The notes beneath the pieces were generated by a model. The model saw only the letters and a program-made list of their open reading frames with translations, did not search any database and had not been told where the DNA came from. From NCBI GenBank assembly GCA_964583965.1, contig CAZOYI010000255.1, positions 1 through 62,247 of the forward strand: a DNA stretch of 62,247 bases, in the 5' to 3' direction. The translations under genes were made by a program, and so were the position numbers. This stretch comes from an uncultured Caldisericota bacterium. GTDB taxonomy: Bacteria > Caldisericota > Caldisericia > UBA6126. Numbering within the stretch: the stretch's first letter is position 1; each line of letters opens with the position of its first letter. Positions 45,853 through 55,510 of the stretch are shown piece after piece.

Positions 45853-46836
45853 TTACCACCTAACAATAGACCCAGCATATGTGAGTCCAGCTCCAAACAC
45901 AACCATTAAAACAATATCATCTTTCTTTATTCTACCATCTTGTTTTGCAAGAGATAGCGTCAAGGGAATAGAAGCGGATGATGTATTCCCATATTCATGC
46001 AAAGTATAGATGACCTTTTCTTTGGGAAAACCCATTCTGTTTACTGCTGCATCAATAATACGGACATTGGCTTGATGGAAAACAAAATGATCAATATCGT
46101 CAACAGAAAGACCAGTTTGCTCAAGCATGTTTTCAATCATATAAATGCTAATTCGAACCGCAAACTTAAATATTTCTTTTCCGTTCATATGTACGGAGTG
46201 TTCATGATTTTGCAACGTATAGATTGAAGCAGGTTTTTGAGCTCCACCAGCAGGCATCGAAAGATATTTCCCGCCAGTACCATCTGTACCATCAATGGAA
46301 CAAAGTATTTGATCAGTCCCTTCGTCAGAGGATGATAATATCATCGCTCCTGCAGCATCACCGAACAAGACACATGTGGCTCGGTCGGAAAAATCAATGC
46401 AGCGAGATATTGCATCAGCCCCAATCACTAACGCATTCTTTTTCTGACCTGTGCGCAAAAATTGAGTTGCAGTTGTTAGTCCATACACAAAACCGGAACA
46501 GCCAGCTTGTAAATCGAAGGCAGTTGGACTCTTCAAATGAATTTTATCACAAACAACACAAGCAGTGGAGGGATAGAACATGTCAGGCGAAGATGTGCCT
46601 ACTATTACTAAATCAATATCATCTGGTTGCATACCAGTTTCATCAAGAGCCATTTGGGCTGCTTTTGCTGCCATGTCAGAAGTAGTTTGATCCTCTGCTA
46701 CAAACCTCCTTGACTGAATACCAGTTCTAGTTTGAATCCATTCATCATTTGTATCCACAATTGTGGTTAGAAACTCATTCGTTATTCTCTTTTCAGGAGC
46801 ATAATGCCCAACACCACGAATCAGAACTTTTTTCAC
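45853..46836 (-). CDS. fabH: 3-oxoacyl-ACP synthase III
   Basis: DLQAGCSGFVYG (Cys), FHQANVRI (His) and YGNTSSASIP (Asn). GTG start forming GTGA with the fabZ stop. Confidence 0.92.
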   Translation of the reverse strand: MKKVLIRGVGHYAPEKRITNEFLTTIVDTNDEWIQTRTGIQSRRFVAEDQTTSDMAAKAAQMALDETGMQPDDIDLVIVGTSSPDMFYPSTACVVCDKIHLKSPTAFDLQAGCSGFVYGLTTATQFLRTGQKKNALVIGADAISRCIDFSDRATCVLFGDAAGAMILSSSDEGTDQILCSIDGTDGTGGKYLSMPAGGAQKPASIYTLQNHEHSVHMNGKEIFKFAVRISIYMIENMLEQTGLSVDDIDHFVFHQANVRIIDAAVNRMGFPKEKVIYTLHEYGNTSSASIPLTLSLAKQDGRIKKDDIVLMVVFGAGLTYAGSIVRW

Positions 46837-47270
46837 ATTGATCTTCCTTTTTCGCTAAGGATAACCTTGATTCTCCCATTTGCAACAATGGTATCATCAA
46901 TAGTTGCAGAAACATCAAATACAAAAACAGTGAATTTTTTTCGATGAAGAGAGGAATTCAGTATTAGTACATCACCAGGCCTGACAATTCCTTTAAAAGA
47001 GAAATCTTCAATACCCGCAAAAAGACCAATTTTCTCTCCATGAGAAGAATGCTTTTCGGATACAAAAATTCCTGATAATTGTGCAAGAGCTTCAACAATG
47101 AGAACTCCTGGAAAAATTGGATTTTCTGGAAAATGACCTTGAAACTGAGGTTCGTTCATAGTCACGTTTTTTTGACCTTGAATAGAATCATCTGAGATAG
47201 ACAATACACGATCCACAAGCAAAAAAGGGTACCTATGCGGTAAGCAACGAAGAATGTCAGAATAGTTCAT
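46833..47270 (-). CDS. fabZ: 3-hydroxyacyl-ACP dehydratase
   Basis: LPHRYPFLLVDRV and GHFPENPIFPGVLIVEALAQ. Confidence 0.93.
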   Translation of the reverse strand: MNYSDILRCLPHRYPFLLVDRVLSISDDSIQGQKNVTMNEPQFQGHFPENPIFPGVLIVEALAQLSGIFVSEKHSSHGEKIGLFAGIEDFSFKGIVRPGDVLILNSSLHRKKFTVFVFDVSATIDDTIVANGRIKVILSEKGRSM

Positions 47271-47272
47271 AC

Positions 47273-47503
47273 TTACTCAATGGGTTTAAAGGGATCTGGT
47301 TTTTCATCATCGATTTGCTCACCTAAATACATCGTTTTTTTTGCATCACGAATGATATTGGTATAGAAATTCCCAATAGGAAAAGTAGTTTCACAATGTT
47401 TAGATACTTTTATGCTTTGCAAAATAATTCGCAATGCCATACTGTACTTATCTGGATCTATATTGTTTAACAAGTCTTCTATAGTCACTTCTTTTTCTTG
47501 CAC
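47273..47503 (-). CDS. rpoZ: Probable RNA polymerase omega subunit
   Basis: 76 aa, directly after gmk (conserved gmk-rpoZ synteny). IEDLLNNIDPDKYSMALRIILQS resembles the omega N-terminal helix. GGAGGA SD 6 nt before GTG 47503. Confidence 0.55.
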   Translation of the reverse strand: MQEKEVTIEDLLNNIDPDKYSMALRIILQSIKVSKHCETTFPIGNFYTNIIRDAKKTMYLGEQIDDEKPDPFKPIE

Positions 47504-48063
47504 AGGAGTTCCTCCAATAAAAATTGATTTATCTTTTTTGCAGCATTCACTGGTGTATCATTTTCAACTGTAAAATCATACTGATTTTTGTATAAAAGTT
47601 CAACTTTCGCAATTTGTAGTCTTTTCTGGATCTCTTCTTCTGTTTCTGTACTACGATTTTTCAGTCTTATATATAAGTCTTCAAACGTGGGGGGGGCAAT
47701 GAAAATGGAAACAACGTTTTGTGGATACTGCCTCATAATGTTTAATCCACCTTGCACATCAATTTCCAAAAGCAGCCATTTGTTCTGTTTTTTTGCTTGT
47801 TCCACATTTGAACAAGGAGTTCCGTAGTAGTATTCGCCTACTTTTGCCCACTCAATAAAAAGGTTGTCTTGTATTTTCTGTTCAAACTCTCCATTGGAAA
47901 CAAACCAATAATCAACTCCGTTTTTTTCCCCTTTTCTGGGGAATCGAGTGGTAACACTCACTGATAAAAGAACTTTATCGGTAAAATGTAACAATTCTTG
48001 TATTACTGTTTTTTTGCCAACACCTGACGGACCTGAAACAACGATGAAAGTACTTTTGATCAT
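47485..48063 (-). CDS. gmk: Guanylate kinase
   Basis: IVVSGPSGVGKKT P-loop. SVTTRFPRKGEKNGVDYWFV. ATG 48063 forms ATGA with the upstream stop. Confidence 0.92.
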   Translation of the reverse strand: MIKSTFIVVSGPSGVGKKTVIQELLHFTDKVLLSVSVTTRFPRKGEKNGVDYWFVSNGEFEQKIQDNLFIEWAKVGEYYYGTPCSNVEQAKKQNKWLLLEIDVQGGLNIMRQYPQNVVSIFIAPPTFEDLYIRLKNRSTETEEEIQKRLQIAKVELLYKNQYDFTVENDTPVNAAKKINQFLLEELLCKKKK

Positions 48064-50678
48064 TTTTGTTTCCGAAGAATATACTTTTGCAACTCCGCAC
48101 AAATAAGTGCTATGGTTGCGATAATGAATATATTGATCCATTGTGAGGTTTGTATGGGTACTGACTGGAAAAATGTTTCAGCAACTGGACCGTATAGAGC
48201 AAGCATCAAGAATCCAAACGAGATAAATTGAGCAAAAATCACATATTTATTGGAGAAAAATCCCATTTCAAATAAAAAGCGTTTTTGCGATCGTGCAGAT
48301 AATGCACGGAATAGTTCAATCGTTATTAAACCAGCAAAACATGCGGTAGAGGCAAAAAGTACTCGATTGTTAAAAGTACCAAAATAGTATTCATAATAAA
48401 TCCAAAAAGCACCTGCAGCAATTAAAAGACCTTGGAGGATTACACGAGTCATGAAGGGACGATTTAAAAACTGGTTTTCCTTTTGATCTCGTGGATTCAT
48501 GATACCTTTACTGGCTTTTTCAAATCCTAATGCAAGTGCGGGGAAGCTATCTGTAATTAAATTCAACCATAGCAGTTGTAGTGCACCAAGAGGTGCCGGC
48601 ATACCAAAAAGAATAGCAGTTACTACTAACAAAATTTCACCAATGTTACAAGAAAGAAGGAAGAAGATTGTATTTTTGATATTGTCGTAAATCACTCGAC
48701 CCTCTTCGATGGCTTGCACAATAGTAGCAAAGTTGTCATCCATAAGAACCAGCTCTGAAACTTCTCGAGCTAAGTCGGTGCCTCGAAGACCCATTGCCAC
48801 ACCGATATCTGCCTTGCGTAAAGCAGGAGCATCATTAACACCATCGCCAGTCATCGCAACAATCTCTCCCTGAGTTTTCAGTAAAGATACAATGCGATAT
48901 TTGTCCTCAGGATTAATTCGAGCAAACACAGAGCAAGTTTTTAATTCCTGAAGTAATTCCTCGTCGGACAATATGCTAACTTCTTTGTGTGTCAAAGCTT
49001 TATTGGAGATTTGATTGATTTTTAGCTCACGAGCATAAGCTTTTGCAGTTTCTGCATGATCCCCCGTAACCATAATTACTCGTATGCCAGCATCCTGACA
49101 CTTTTCGATAGCAGTAAACACTTCTTTGCGGATGGGGTCTCGCAAGGCAGCTATTCCAATAAATATAAGATCCTCCTCTTCATTCGTTTTTGGATTTTTG
49201 TTGTAAGCACTTGCTAAAATTCGATACCCATCCTGACTCCACCTAAGAACAGTGTCATTAATCTTTCTCCGTAACTCATCTGTAAACGGAATAGATTCAC
49301 CATTGATAACAATTTCAGTACATTTTTCTGAAACTTGTTCCCATGCTCCTTTGGTGTAAAAAAACTTTGCATCATCTTTTGATACCATGACACTCATCAT
49401 TTTTCTAGTCGAATCAAATGGTATTTCATGAGATCGCTGGAATCGATTCTGCATATAGAGAGTATCCAGGGGTTTTCCAATTTCTAGTAAAGCAATTTCT
49501 GTCGGATCTCCAGAAGAAAACTCTTGTTGAATCTCTGCATCATTATCGAAGTAAAATACTTCTTGAAGGAGTCTTGTGGAAAGATCTTTCGAGATATCTT
49601 GGGGAATATCTCCTTCTTCTAGGTTTGTGAGAATTTTGATTGCTTTCATGTTGTTTTCGGTAAGGGTACCCGTTTTGTCGGTACAGATCACTGTTGTAGA
49701 CCCGAGTGTTTCAACGGAAGCCAATTTTTTTACTATCGCCTGATGCTTGCTCATTCGAGAAACGCCATTGGATAAAACAATGGTGGTAACTGCAGGCAGG
49801 CTTTCTGGTATTGCTGCTACTGCTAATGCGATCGCAAATAGAAGAGTCTCATGAAACTCTTTTCCTTGCATGATATTAAGGACAAAAACCAAAACACAGA
49901 TAAAACCAAGAATATAGGTTAAGCTCTGCGAAAAACCATCCATTCGTTTTTCAAGAGGTGTTTTTTCTTCTTTTACTTCCCCGGTTAGGGATGCTATTTT
50001 TCCTAGTTCTGTTTTTCCTCCAGTAGAAATAACGATTCCAGTTGCTTTTCCATCTGTTACAATCGTTCCCATGTAGCATTGATTACGAACATCACCAGGA
50101 TTGGATACATCTTCTTGCATCACAGTACTATTTTTGAGAATAGAAACAGATTCTCCTGTCAGCATAGACTCGTCAACCTTAAAACCATCTGTAGAAGATA
50201 GGATTCGAATATCTGCAGGAACTTTACTACCGCTTTCTAAAAGAACAATATCTCCCGGTACCAGTTCTTCGTTTGGAATAGATTTTCTCATGCCATCGCG
50301 AATAACAGTACATTCAGGATTTACTAGCGATTGGATTGCTTTGATAGAAGCATCTGCCCGATATTCTTGTATAAATCCTAGAAGTGCATTGAGCACAACA
50401 ACAATCAAAATGGCAACAGCCTCCGTTGTATCTTTCATGTAAAAAGACAACGCAGAAGCAAACAACAGAATGTAGATCAAAAGACTCTGAAATTGATTTA
50501 GGAGTATCCTCCAGGCAGATGTCTTTTTCCCTGAAGAAATTGTGTTTCGACCAATCAATGCAAGTCTTTCTGAAACTTGTGTCGTGGTCAAACCTTTTTC
50601 AAAAGAAGACTCTGTGGTACTTAAAAGCTCCTTGCTCGTTTTTTGATACGGCTTCTCTACAAAAAATGTTGTTGTCAA
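48060..50678 (-). CDS. P-type ATPase, Ca2+-transporting (type IIA, YloB-like)
   Basis: LTGESVS, ICTDKTGTLTEN, MVTGDH, TGDGVNDAPAL and IPESLP in M4. 10-TM layout. Apparent TTG start. Confidence 0.88.
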   Translation of the reverse strand: MTTTFFVEKPYQKTSKELLSTTESSFEKGLTTTQVSERLALIGRNTISSGKKTSAWRILLNQFQSLLIYILLFASALSFYMKDTTEAVAILIVVVLNALLGFIQEYRADASIKAIQSLVNPECTVIRDGMRKSIPNEELVPGDIVLLESGSKVPADIRILSSTDGFKVDESMLTGESVSILKNSTVMQEDVSNPGDVRNQCYMGTIVTDGKATGIVISTGGKTELGKIASLTGEVKEEKTPLEKRMDGFSQSLTYILGFICVLVFVLNIMQGKEFHETLLFAIALAVAAIPESLPAVTTIVLSNGVSRMSKHQAIVKKLASVETLGSTTVICTDKTGTLTENNMKAIKILTNLEEGDIPQDISKDLSTRLLQEVFYFDNDAEIQQEFSSGDPTEIALLEIGKPLDTLYMQNRFQRSHEIPFDSTRKMMSVMVSKDDAKFFYTKGAWEQVSEKCTEIVINGESIPFTDELRRKINDTVLRWSQDGYRILASAYNKNPKTNEEEDLIFIGIAALRDPIRKEVFTAIEKCQDAGIRVIMVTGDHAETAKAYARELKINQISNKALTHKEVSILSDEELLQELKTCSVFARINPEDKYRIVSLLKTQGEIVAMTGDGVNDAPALRKADIGVAMGLRGTDLAREVSELVLMDDNFATIVQAIEEGRVIYDNIKNTIFFLLSCNIGEILLVVTAILFGMPAPLGALQLLWLNLITDSFPALALGFEKASKGIMNPRDQKENQFLNRPFMTRVILQGLLIAAGAFWIYYEYYFGTFNNRVLFASTACFAGLITIELFRALSARSQKRFLFEMGFFSNKYVIFAQFISFGFLMLALYGPVAETFFQSVPIQTSQWINIFIIATIALICAELQKYILRKQK

Positions 50679-50684
50679 TGTATG

Positions 50685-51818
50685 TTACTTTCCTTTCGTT
50701 AAAAAATCTAAAGCTCTTTGGATAAAAGGGTCATTTAAATTGCTGGAAAAAGGTTTATCAGTTTCCACAAAAATATCTGGTTCAATGCCCTTTTTCATAA
50801 TATCTCTTTTCAACGGGGTTAAGTATTTTTCTACCGTCAGCTTAATAGCTCCTCCAGTTGGAAGAACCGAAAAAACTCGCTGAATCGATGCTTTACCAAA
50901 AGAAGTTTCTCCAATCAAAGCACCTGTTTCATAATCTTGCACTGCACCGGATAAAACTTCTGAGGCAGAAGCAGAATATCCGTTGATTAATATGACAAAA
51001 GGAATATTAATGGACTTCGTCGTATACATCTTCCGCGGTGAGGCTTGTTTATTTCTCCCAATCGTCCAAAAAAGGGTAGAGTCATTAGGAAGAAAGTATT
51101 CTGCAATTTGTTGTGTTTCTTCTAAAACCCCTCCTCCATTATCTCGAAGATCTAAGATAAAATAGGAAGGCGATTGAAGCATTAACTCTTGATATATTTG
51201 TGTGAATTCTTTAGCAGTACCAAAGTTGAACGATAATATGTGAATATAAGCTGTTGATTCATTTAACATTTTTCCGAAAATGGTTTGGATTTTCACTTGT
51301 TTTCGCGGAAGAAGGAGTGTTCTGCTGGATTCACCGGGTTTTTGAAAAACGATCTCTACTTGTGATCCTTCTGGACCGCGAATCAAATTGGAAGCATAGG
51401 TGGAATCTTTCCCAAACATACTCTCACCATTAACTTGTACAATAAAATCCCCCACCTGAACTCCAGCGTCGCTGGCAGGCGACTGAGGAAAAACACGATT
51501 GATTTCTAATCGGTCATTGATTACTACGCCAATGCCGACATAGTGGTCTGAAATCTGTGTTGAAAAAGACTCATATTCGTCTTCGGTGAAATAGGTTGAA
51601 TAAGGATCTCCTGTGCCGTATACAATTCCTCGTGCTAAGCTTTCATCGTTTATAGGATCTACAAAGAATTCTTGAATAGTATGAAGTGCATATTGCGAAG
51701 CTGGATACGATAGAAGTCCCAGCTGATGACTGGCAAAACCATACCCTCCTACAAATCCAACAATTCCTACTATCAATGCTATTCCAAGAGTTAACCAGAA
51801 TTTTTTTTTCAAGTTCAT
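50685..51818 (-). CDS. ctpA: Carboxy-terminal processing protease (S41)
   Basis: N-terminal anchor, PDZ (GVQVGDFIVQVNG), LDLRDNGGG and INGYSASASEVLSGA. Confidence 0.9.
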   Translation of the reverse strand: MNLKKKFWLTLGIALIVGIVGFVGGYGFASHQLGLLSYPASQYALHTIQEFFVDPINDESLARGIVYGTGDPYSTYFTEDEYESFSTQISDHYVGIGVVINDRLEINRVFPQSPASDAGVQVGDFIVQVNGESMFGKDSTYASNLIRGPEGSQVEIVFQKPGESSRTLLLPRKQVKIQTIFGKMLNESTAYIHILSFNFGTAKEFTQIYQELMLQSPSYFILDLRDNGGGVLEETQQIAEYFLPNDSTLFWTIGRNKQASPRKMYTTKSINIPFVILINGYSASASEVLSGAVQDYETGALIGETSFGKASIQRVFSVLPTGGAIKLTVEKYLTPLKRDIMKKGIEPDIFVETDKPFSSNLNDPFIQRALDFLTKGK

Positions 51819-51883
51819 ACATCTCCTATTCAGTTCAATGATTATTTGATGATAGAAAAAAGATCGGCAAATTCAACAAAAAA

Positions 51884-53077
51884 CTAGGGTAAATAATCAC
51901 GGGGATTTACATAATCTCCATTTTTACGAACTTCAAAATGCAAATGAGGACCTGTTGACCACCCAGTTGAACCTACTTCTCCAATAATTTCGCCTTGCAC
52001 AACTTGTTGATCTTTCGTAACGTATCGACTATTCATATGGGCATAGAGAGTGCTATATTCAATATCATGTTGAATGATGACACAATTCCCATATCCGGTG
52101 AGCCAACCGGAGAATGCCACTGTTCCATCAGCTACAGCTTTTATTGGATAACCATATCGTTGATCAATATCAATTCCTGTGTGCATACGATATACCCCAA
52201 ATATGGGGTGCATACGCATGCCGAACTCTGAACTCACAATTCCTTGTATTGGCCATATCAAGGCTCCCATTTTTTTGTTTTGCAGTTCTTTTTTCCGGTG
52301 AAGCTCAACTATTTTGGTGATAGAGTATTGAACAGCCAATTCAGACTCCTCCAGTGCTTGTAAGGACTTATGCACTACTTCTTGACTGTGAGAAGCCAAA
52401 TATTGAATGTTTTGAATTTCTTGGTCTTTTCGATTTCGAGCATTTTCAAGATCATCTGATTTTTGTTCGATCTCTTTTTTTACTTCAAGTAGCCGTATTT
52501 GATCCTTGATTAGTGCATCTTTTTTATCTGCTAATATTTCTTTAGTTTTCTTGAGTTCTGTAAAAAATTCTCGATCTGCCTCATATAAATACTTTAAATA
52601 TATCCCCTTATCGAGAATCTCATTGATGTTGGCAGAAGAAAAAAGATACTTGTTATAGCGAGAACAATAATCCTTGTACAGAGCATTGATCAAGCCATCC
52701 AATTGGTTTTCTTTTAACCGGATGGACTGTTCAAGTAAGTCTATTTCTTGTTCGGTAATCAGATAAGTATTTCTCAGAAATTCTTCTTCTTTCTGCAATT
52801 GTTCAATCTCTGCTTGAATATTAGTGATTTCTTGTTCTAAATCACTTAGTTCCACAGTTAAATCATCTTTTTGGTGTTGAAGATTCTCAACCTTCTGACG
52901 TTCCTTGGCAATGGTTTGTTTTAGATCTTCTTGTGCGGCTTCTTCTCTCTTCTTTTTTTCTTCCCATTGATCAATTTGGTCTTGTAAGCTTGGTTGAGAT
53001 TGGACTGTAGAAGGTATGGTAATAAAAAATCCCAGTAGCAGGAAAATAATGATACAGATAGATAAGAATTTTCTCAT
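51884..53077 (-). CDS. Coiled-coil M23 (LytM) metallopeptidase, EnvC/PcsB-like FtsEX partner
   Basis: Signal/anchor, then a long coiled coil (about 250 aa). HTGIDI and GSTGWSTGPHLHFEV. ATG 53077 forms ATGA with the ftsX stop. Confidence 0.88.
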   Translation of the reverse strand: MRKFLSICIIIFLLLGFFITIPSTVQSQPSLQDQIDQWEEKKKREEAAQEDLKQTIAKERQKVENLQHQKDDLTVELSDLEQEITNIQAEIEQLQKEEEFLRNTYLITEQEIDLLEQSIRLKENQLDGLINALYKDYCSRYNKYLFSSANINEILDKGIYLKYLYEADREFFTELKKTKEILADKKDALIKDQIRLLEVKKEIEQKSDDLENARNRKDQEIQNIQYLASHSQEVVHKSLQALEESELAVQYSITKIVELHRKKELQNKKMGALIWPIQGIVSSEFGMRMHPIFGVYRMHTGIDIDQRYGYPIKAVADGTVAFSGWLTGYGNCVIIQHDIEYSTLYAHMNSRYVTKDQQVVQGEIIGEVGSTGWSTGPHLHFEVRKNGDYVNPRDYLP

Positions 53078-53931
53078 CGCATATACCGATTCACGGAAAA
53101 GATAGAAGACAAAACAGAGATGACGAACCCAATACAAAGAAGGATCAAACCAAGTTGCAGGCTAATGAAATGGGTATCCATTGTAATAGGAGAAAAAAAG
53201 AGAAAGGATTGATAAAACTGGTATACATACTCTACAACCGGTATAAGAAAAAACGCGTTGATTATACCTCCAACAAGGGCACTGATGGCTGCAATAAAAA
53301 TAAACGGAAATCGGATTGTGGTTGGTGTTGCACCCAGTAACTGCATAATATTAATTTCCTTTCGGAAAGAAAAAACAGAAATCCCAATTGAAGAAGTAAC
53401 AGAAAAAACAAAAGCCAATAGAAAAATAACGAGAAGTGCAATACCTAGGATTAACATGATACGGATAATATTACTATAATTCTCTGCAGCTTCAGAAGTA
53501 TCTTCTATATACTCCACTGAAGAAATAGACTGCAAAAAAACAATGATTTCAGGAACATACAATGAGTTTTTTGGCTCGATACGAAGAGAAGATGGAAGTG
53601 GATTATAGGATGTTTCCATGTCTGGATACTCTTCTTGTAGTAGAGACAAAGCTTCTTCGGGAGAAACGTATTGAACGTTCTGAACCCCCTCTATGCTCTC
53701 AATAGAAAGAATTGCTTGGTTTATGTCTTCATGATTCGCAGTTTTTTCAAAAAAAGCAGTGATATTTAAAAATCTTGTTCCTACTGCTTGTGCACCCTGG
53801 AACACAAAAATCCCGAAAACTGCAATGACACCTATGCAAAATAATGAGATAAAACAGCTAATGGTACAAATAATATAACTTGCAGGATTTCGGGAAAAAA
53901 TCTGCTTTGTTTCTCGTAAAGAACTAGCCAT
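53074..53931 (-). CDS. ftsX: Cell-division ABC transporter permease FtsX
   Basis: TM1, large extracellular loop and 3 C-terminal TM helices. Follows ftsE. Start trimmed to ATG 53931. Confidence 0.85.
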   Translation of the reverse strand: MASSLRETKQIFSRNPASYIICTISCFISLFCIGVIAVFGIFVFQGAQAVGTRFLNITAFFEKTANHEDINQAILSIESIEGVQNVQYVSPEEALSLLQEEYPDMETSYNPLPSSLRIEPKNSLYVPEIIVFLQSISSVEYIEDTSEAAENYSNIIRIMLILGIALLVIFLLAFVFSVTSSIGISVFSFRKEINIMQLLGATPTTIRFPFIFIAAISALVGGIINAFFLIPVVEYVYQFYQSFLFFSPITMDTHFISLQLGLILLCIGFVISVLSSIFSVNRYMR

Positions 53932-54604
53932 ATTTTTCTCCCATCTTTTCTCCATGATCCAAAATAATAATTCGCCTACCTGTGCCACTCACGATATCCA
54001 AATCATGGGTTGCCATTAATATGCTAGTACCCATTTGATTGATTCTAGAAAAAAGCTCCATAATGCTTTCGGAAGTTTTATAATCTAAATTGCCTGTTGG
54101 TTCATCAGCAAGCAAAATACGTGGTTTTGTAACAATAGCGCGGGCAATCGCTACTCGCTGTTGTTCCCCTCCAGACAGCATTTGTGGGTAGTTTTTGTCA
54201 CGTTCGGATAAACCAACAATATCGAGGGCAAGTTCCACTTGTTTGTGAACATACTTTTTTGAGAACCCGCGTATTTCTAAAGCAAAAGCAACATTATCAA
54301 AAACTGTTTTGTAATCAATCAAATTGAAATCTTGAAAAACAACACCTATTTTTCGGCGAACCAAATGCTTCTTCTTTCTAGAAATAGGGGAGACAAGTTC
54401 ATTCTCTATCCATACTTCACCACTATCGGGTTCTTCTTGCTTGGTAATAATCCGAAAAAGGGTAGTCTTTCCTGCACCAGAGCGTCCCATGATGTAAACA
54501 AATTCTTGCTCTGCTACAGAAAAACTTACATTGTGCAAAGCTGAAACGCCCCGGGGGTAGGATTTCGATATTGCCTTGATTTGTAGAATTGGAATACTGC
54601 TCAT
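53924..54604 (-). CDS. ftsE: Cell-division ABC transporter ATP-binding protein FtsE
   Basis: [23 protein letters not shown] and [12 protein letters not shown]. Confidence 0.93.
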   Translation of the reverse strand: MSSIPILQIKAISKSYPRGVSALHNVSFSVAEQEFVYIMGRSGAGKTTLFRIITKQEEPDSGEVWIENELVSPISRKKKHLVRRKIGVVFQDFNLIDYKTVFDNVAFALEIRGFSKKYVHKQVELALDIVGLSERDKNYPQMLSGGEQQRVAIARAIVTKPRILLADEPTGNLDYKTSESIMELFSRINQMGTSILMATHDLDIVSGTGRRIIILDHGEKMGEKYG

Positions 54605-55501
54605 CTATTCATCTCTTTTTCTTTCGAATCCTTCCCCCATAACTTCATCAAGAGTACCAATCATGACAAATGCTGCAGGATCGATCATTAGTATTCTCCT
54701 TTTGAAAGTTGAATACTGCCTTTTTGAAAAAGCACAAAGAAGGATTCTTTTACCAGTTGAAGTATACCCACCTTTTCCGTCAATAATAGTAACACCTCGT
54801 TCCATTTCTTGAATAATAAACTTCATCACTTCATCCTCTTTGGAAGTGATGATCATAGAAGCTTTTGATGTGGAGAAACCTTCTTGAACAACATCAATCA
54901 TTTTTCCCACAATAAAGATCCCCAATAAGGGTAACAAGGCTAATTCAGCATCTTGGAAAATGACAGCAGATGAGAGAATAACCACTCCATCTAAAATCAT
55001 GACAATTTGTCCAAAAGAAGCGTTGGAATAGGTTTTTAGAATCTGGGCTAACATATCGGTGCCACCTAGAGATCCATAGGATCGATACAGCATGCCTATC
55101 CCAAATCCCGAAAGAACAGCCCCGTATAAAACAGAGATCATTAGATCAGGGTGGATCCCCAAGTGAGGAACCACATAGGTGCTAAAAAAATCAATAGCAA
55201 ACGAATTTGCTACCACAGATATTAACGTAGTCACAATGACTCTTCGTTTTAATCTAAAAAAAGACCATATAAAAATTGGAATATTCAATACAATGTAGAT
55301 CACACCGACCGATACCATACCATTCAACAAATGGTATATGATGATTGCAATACCCGTTACCCCACCAAGGGTAAGCTTATTAGGGATTAAGAAAAGAGCA
55401 TATCCAAAAGCATCAACAAAGGTACCAAGAATGACTCCAATATAGTTAGTTTTTAATTTCGGAGTTATTGGTTTCACTGAACAAGAGATGCTATTGTCCA
55501 C
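54605..55501 (-). CDS. YitT-family membrane protein (DUF2179 C-terminal domain)
   Basis: 5-6 TM segments plus VTIIDGKGGYTSTGKRILLCAFSKRQ. GTG start after AGGAG plus 6 nt. Confidence 0.78.
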   Translation of the reverse strand: MDNSISCSVKPITPKLKTNYIGVILGTFVDAFGYALFLIPNKLTLGGVTGIAIIIYHLLNGMVSVGVIYIVLNIPIFIWSFFRLKRRVIVTTLISVVANSFAIDFFSTYVVPHLGIHPDLMISVLYGAVLSGFGIGMLYRSYGSLGGTDMLAQILKTYSNASFGQIVMILDGVVILSSAVIFQDAELALLPLLGIFIVGKMIDVVQEGFSTSKASMIITSKEDEVMKFIIQEMERGVTIIDGKGGYTSTGKRILLCAFSKRQYSTFKRRILMIDPAAFVMIGTLDEVMGEGFERKRDE

Positions 55502-55510
55502 AAAAAACTC

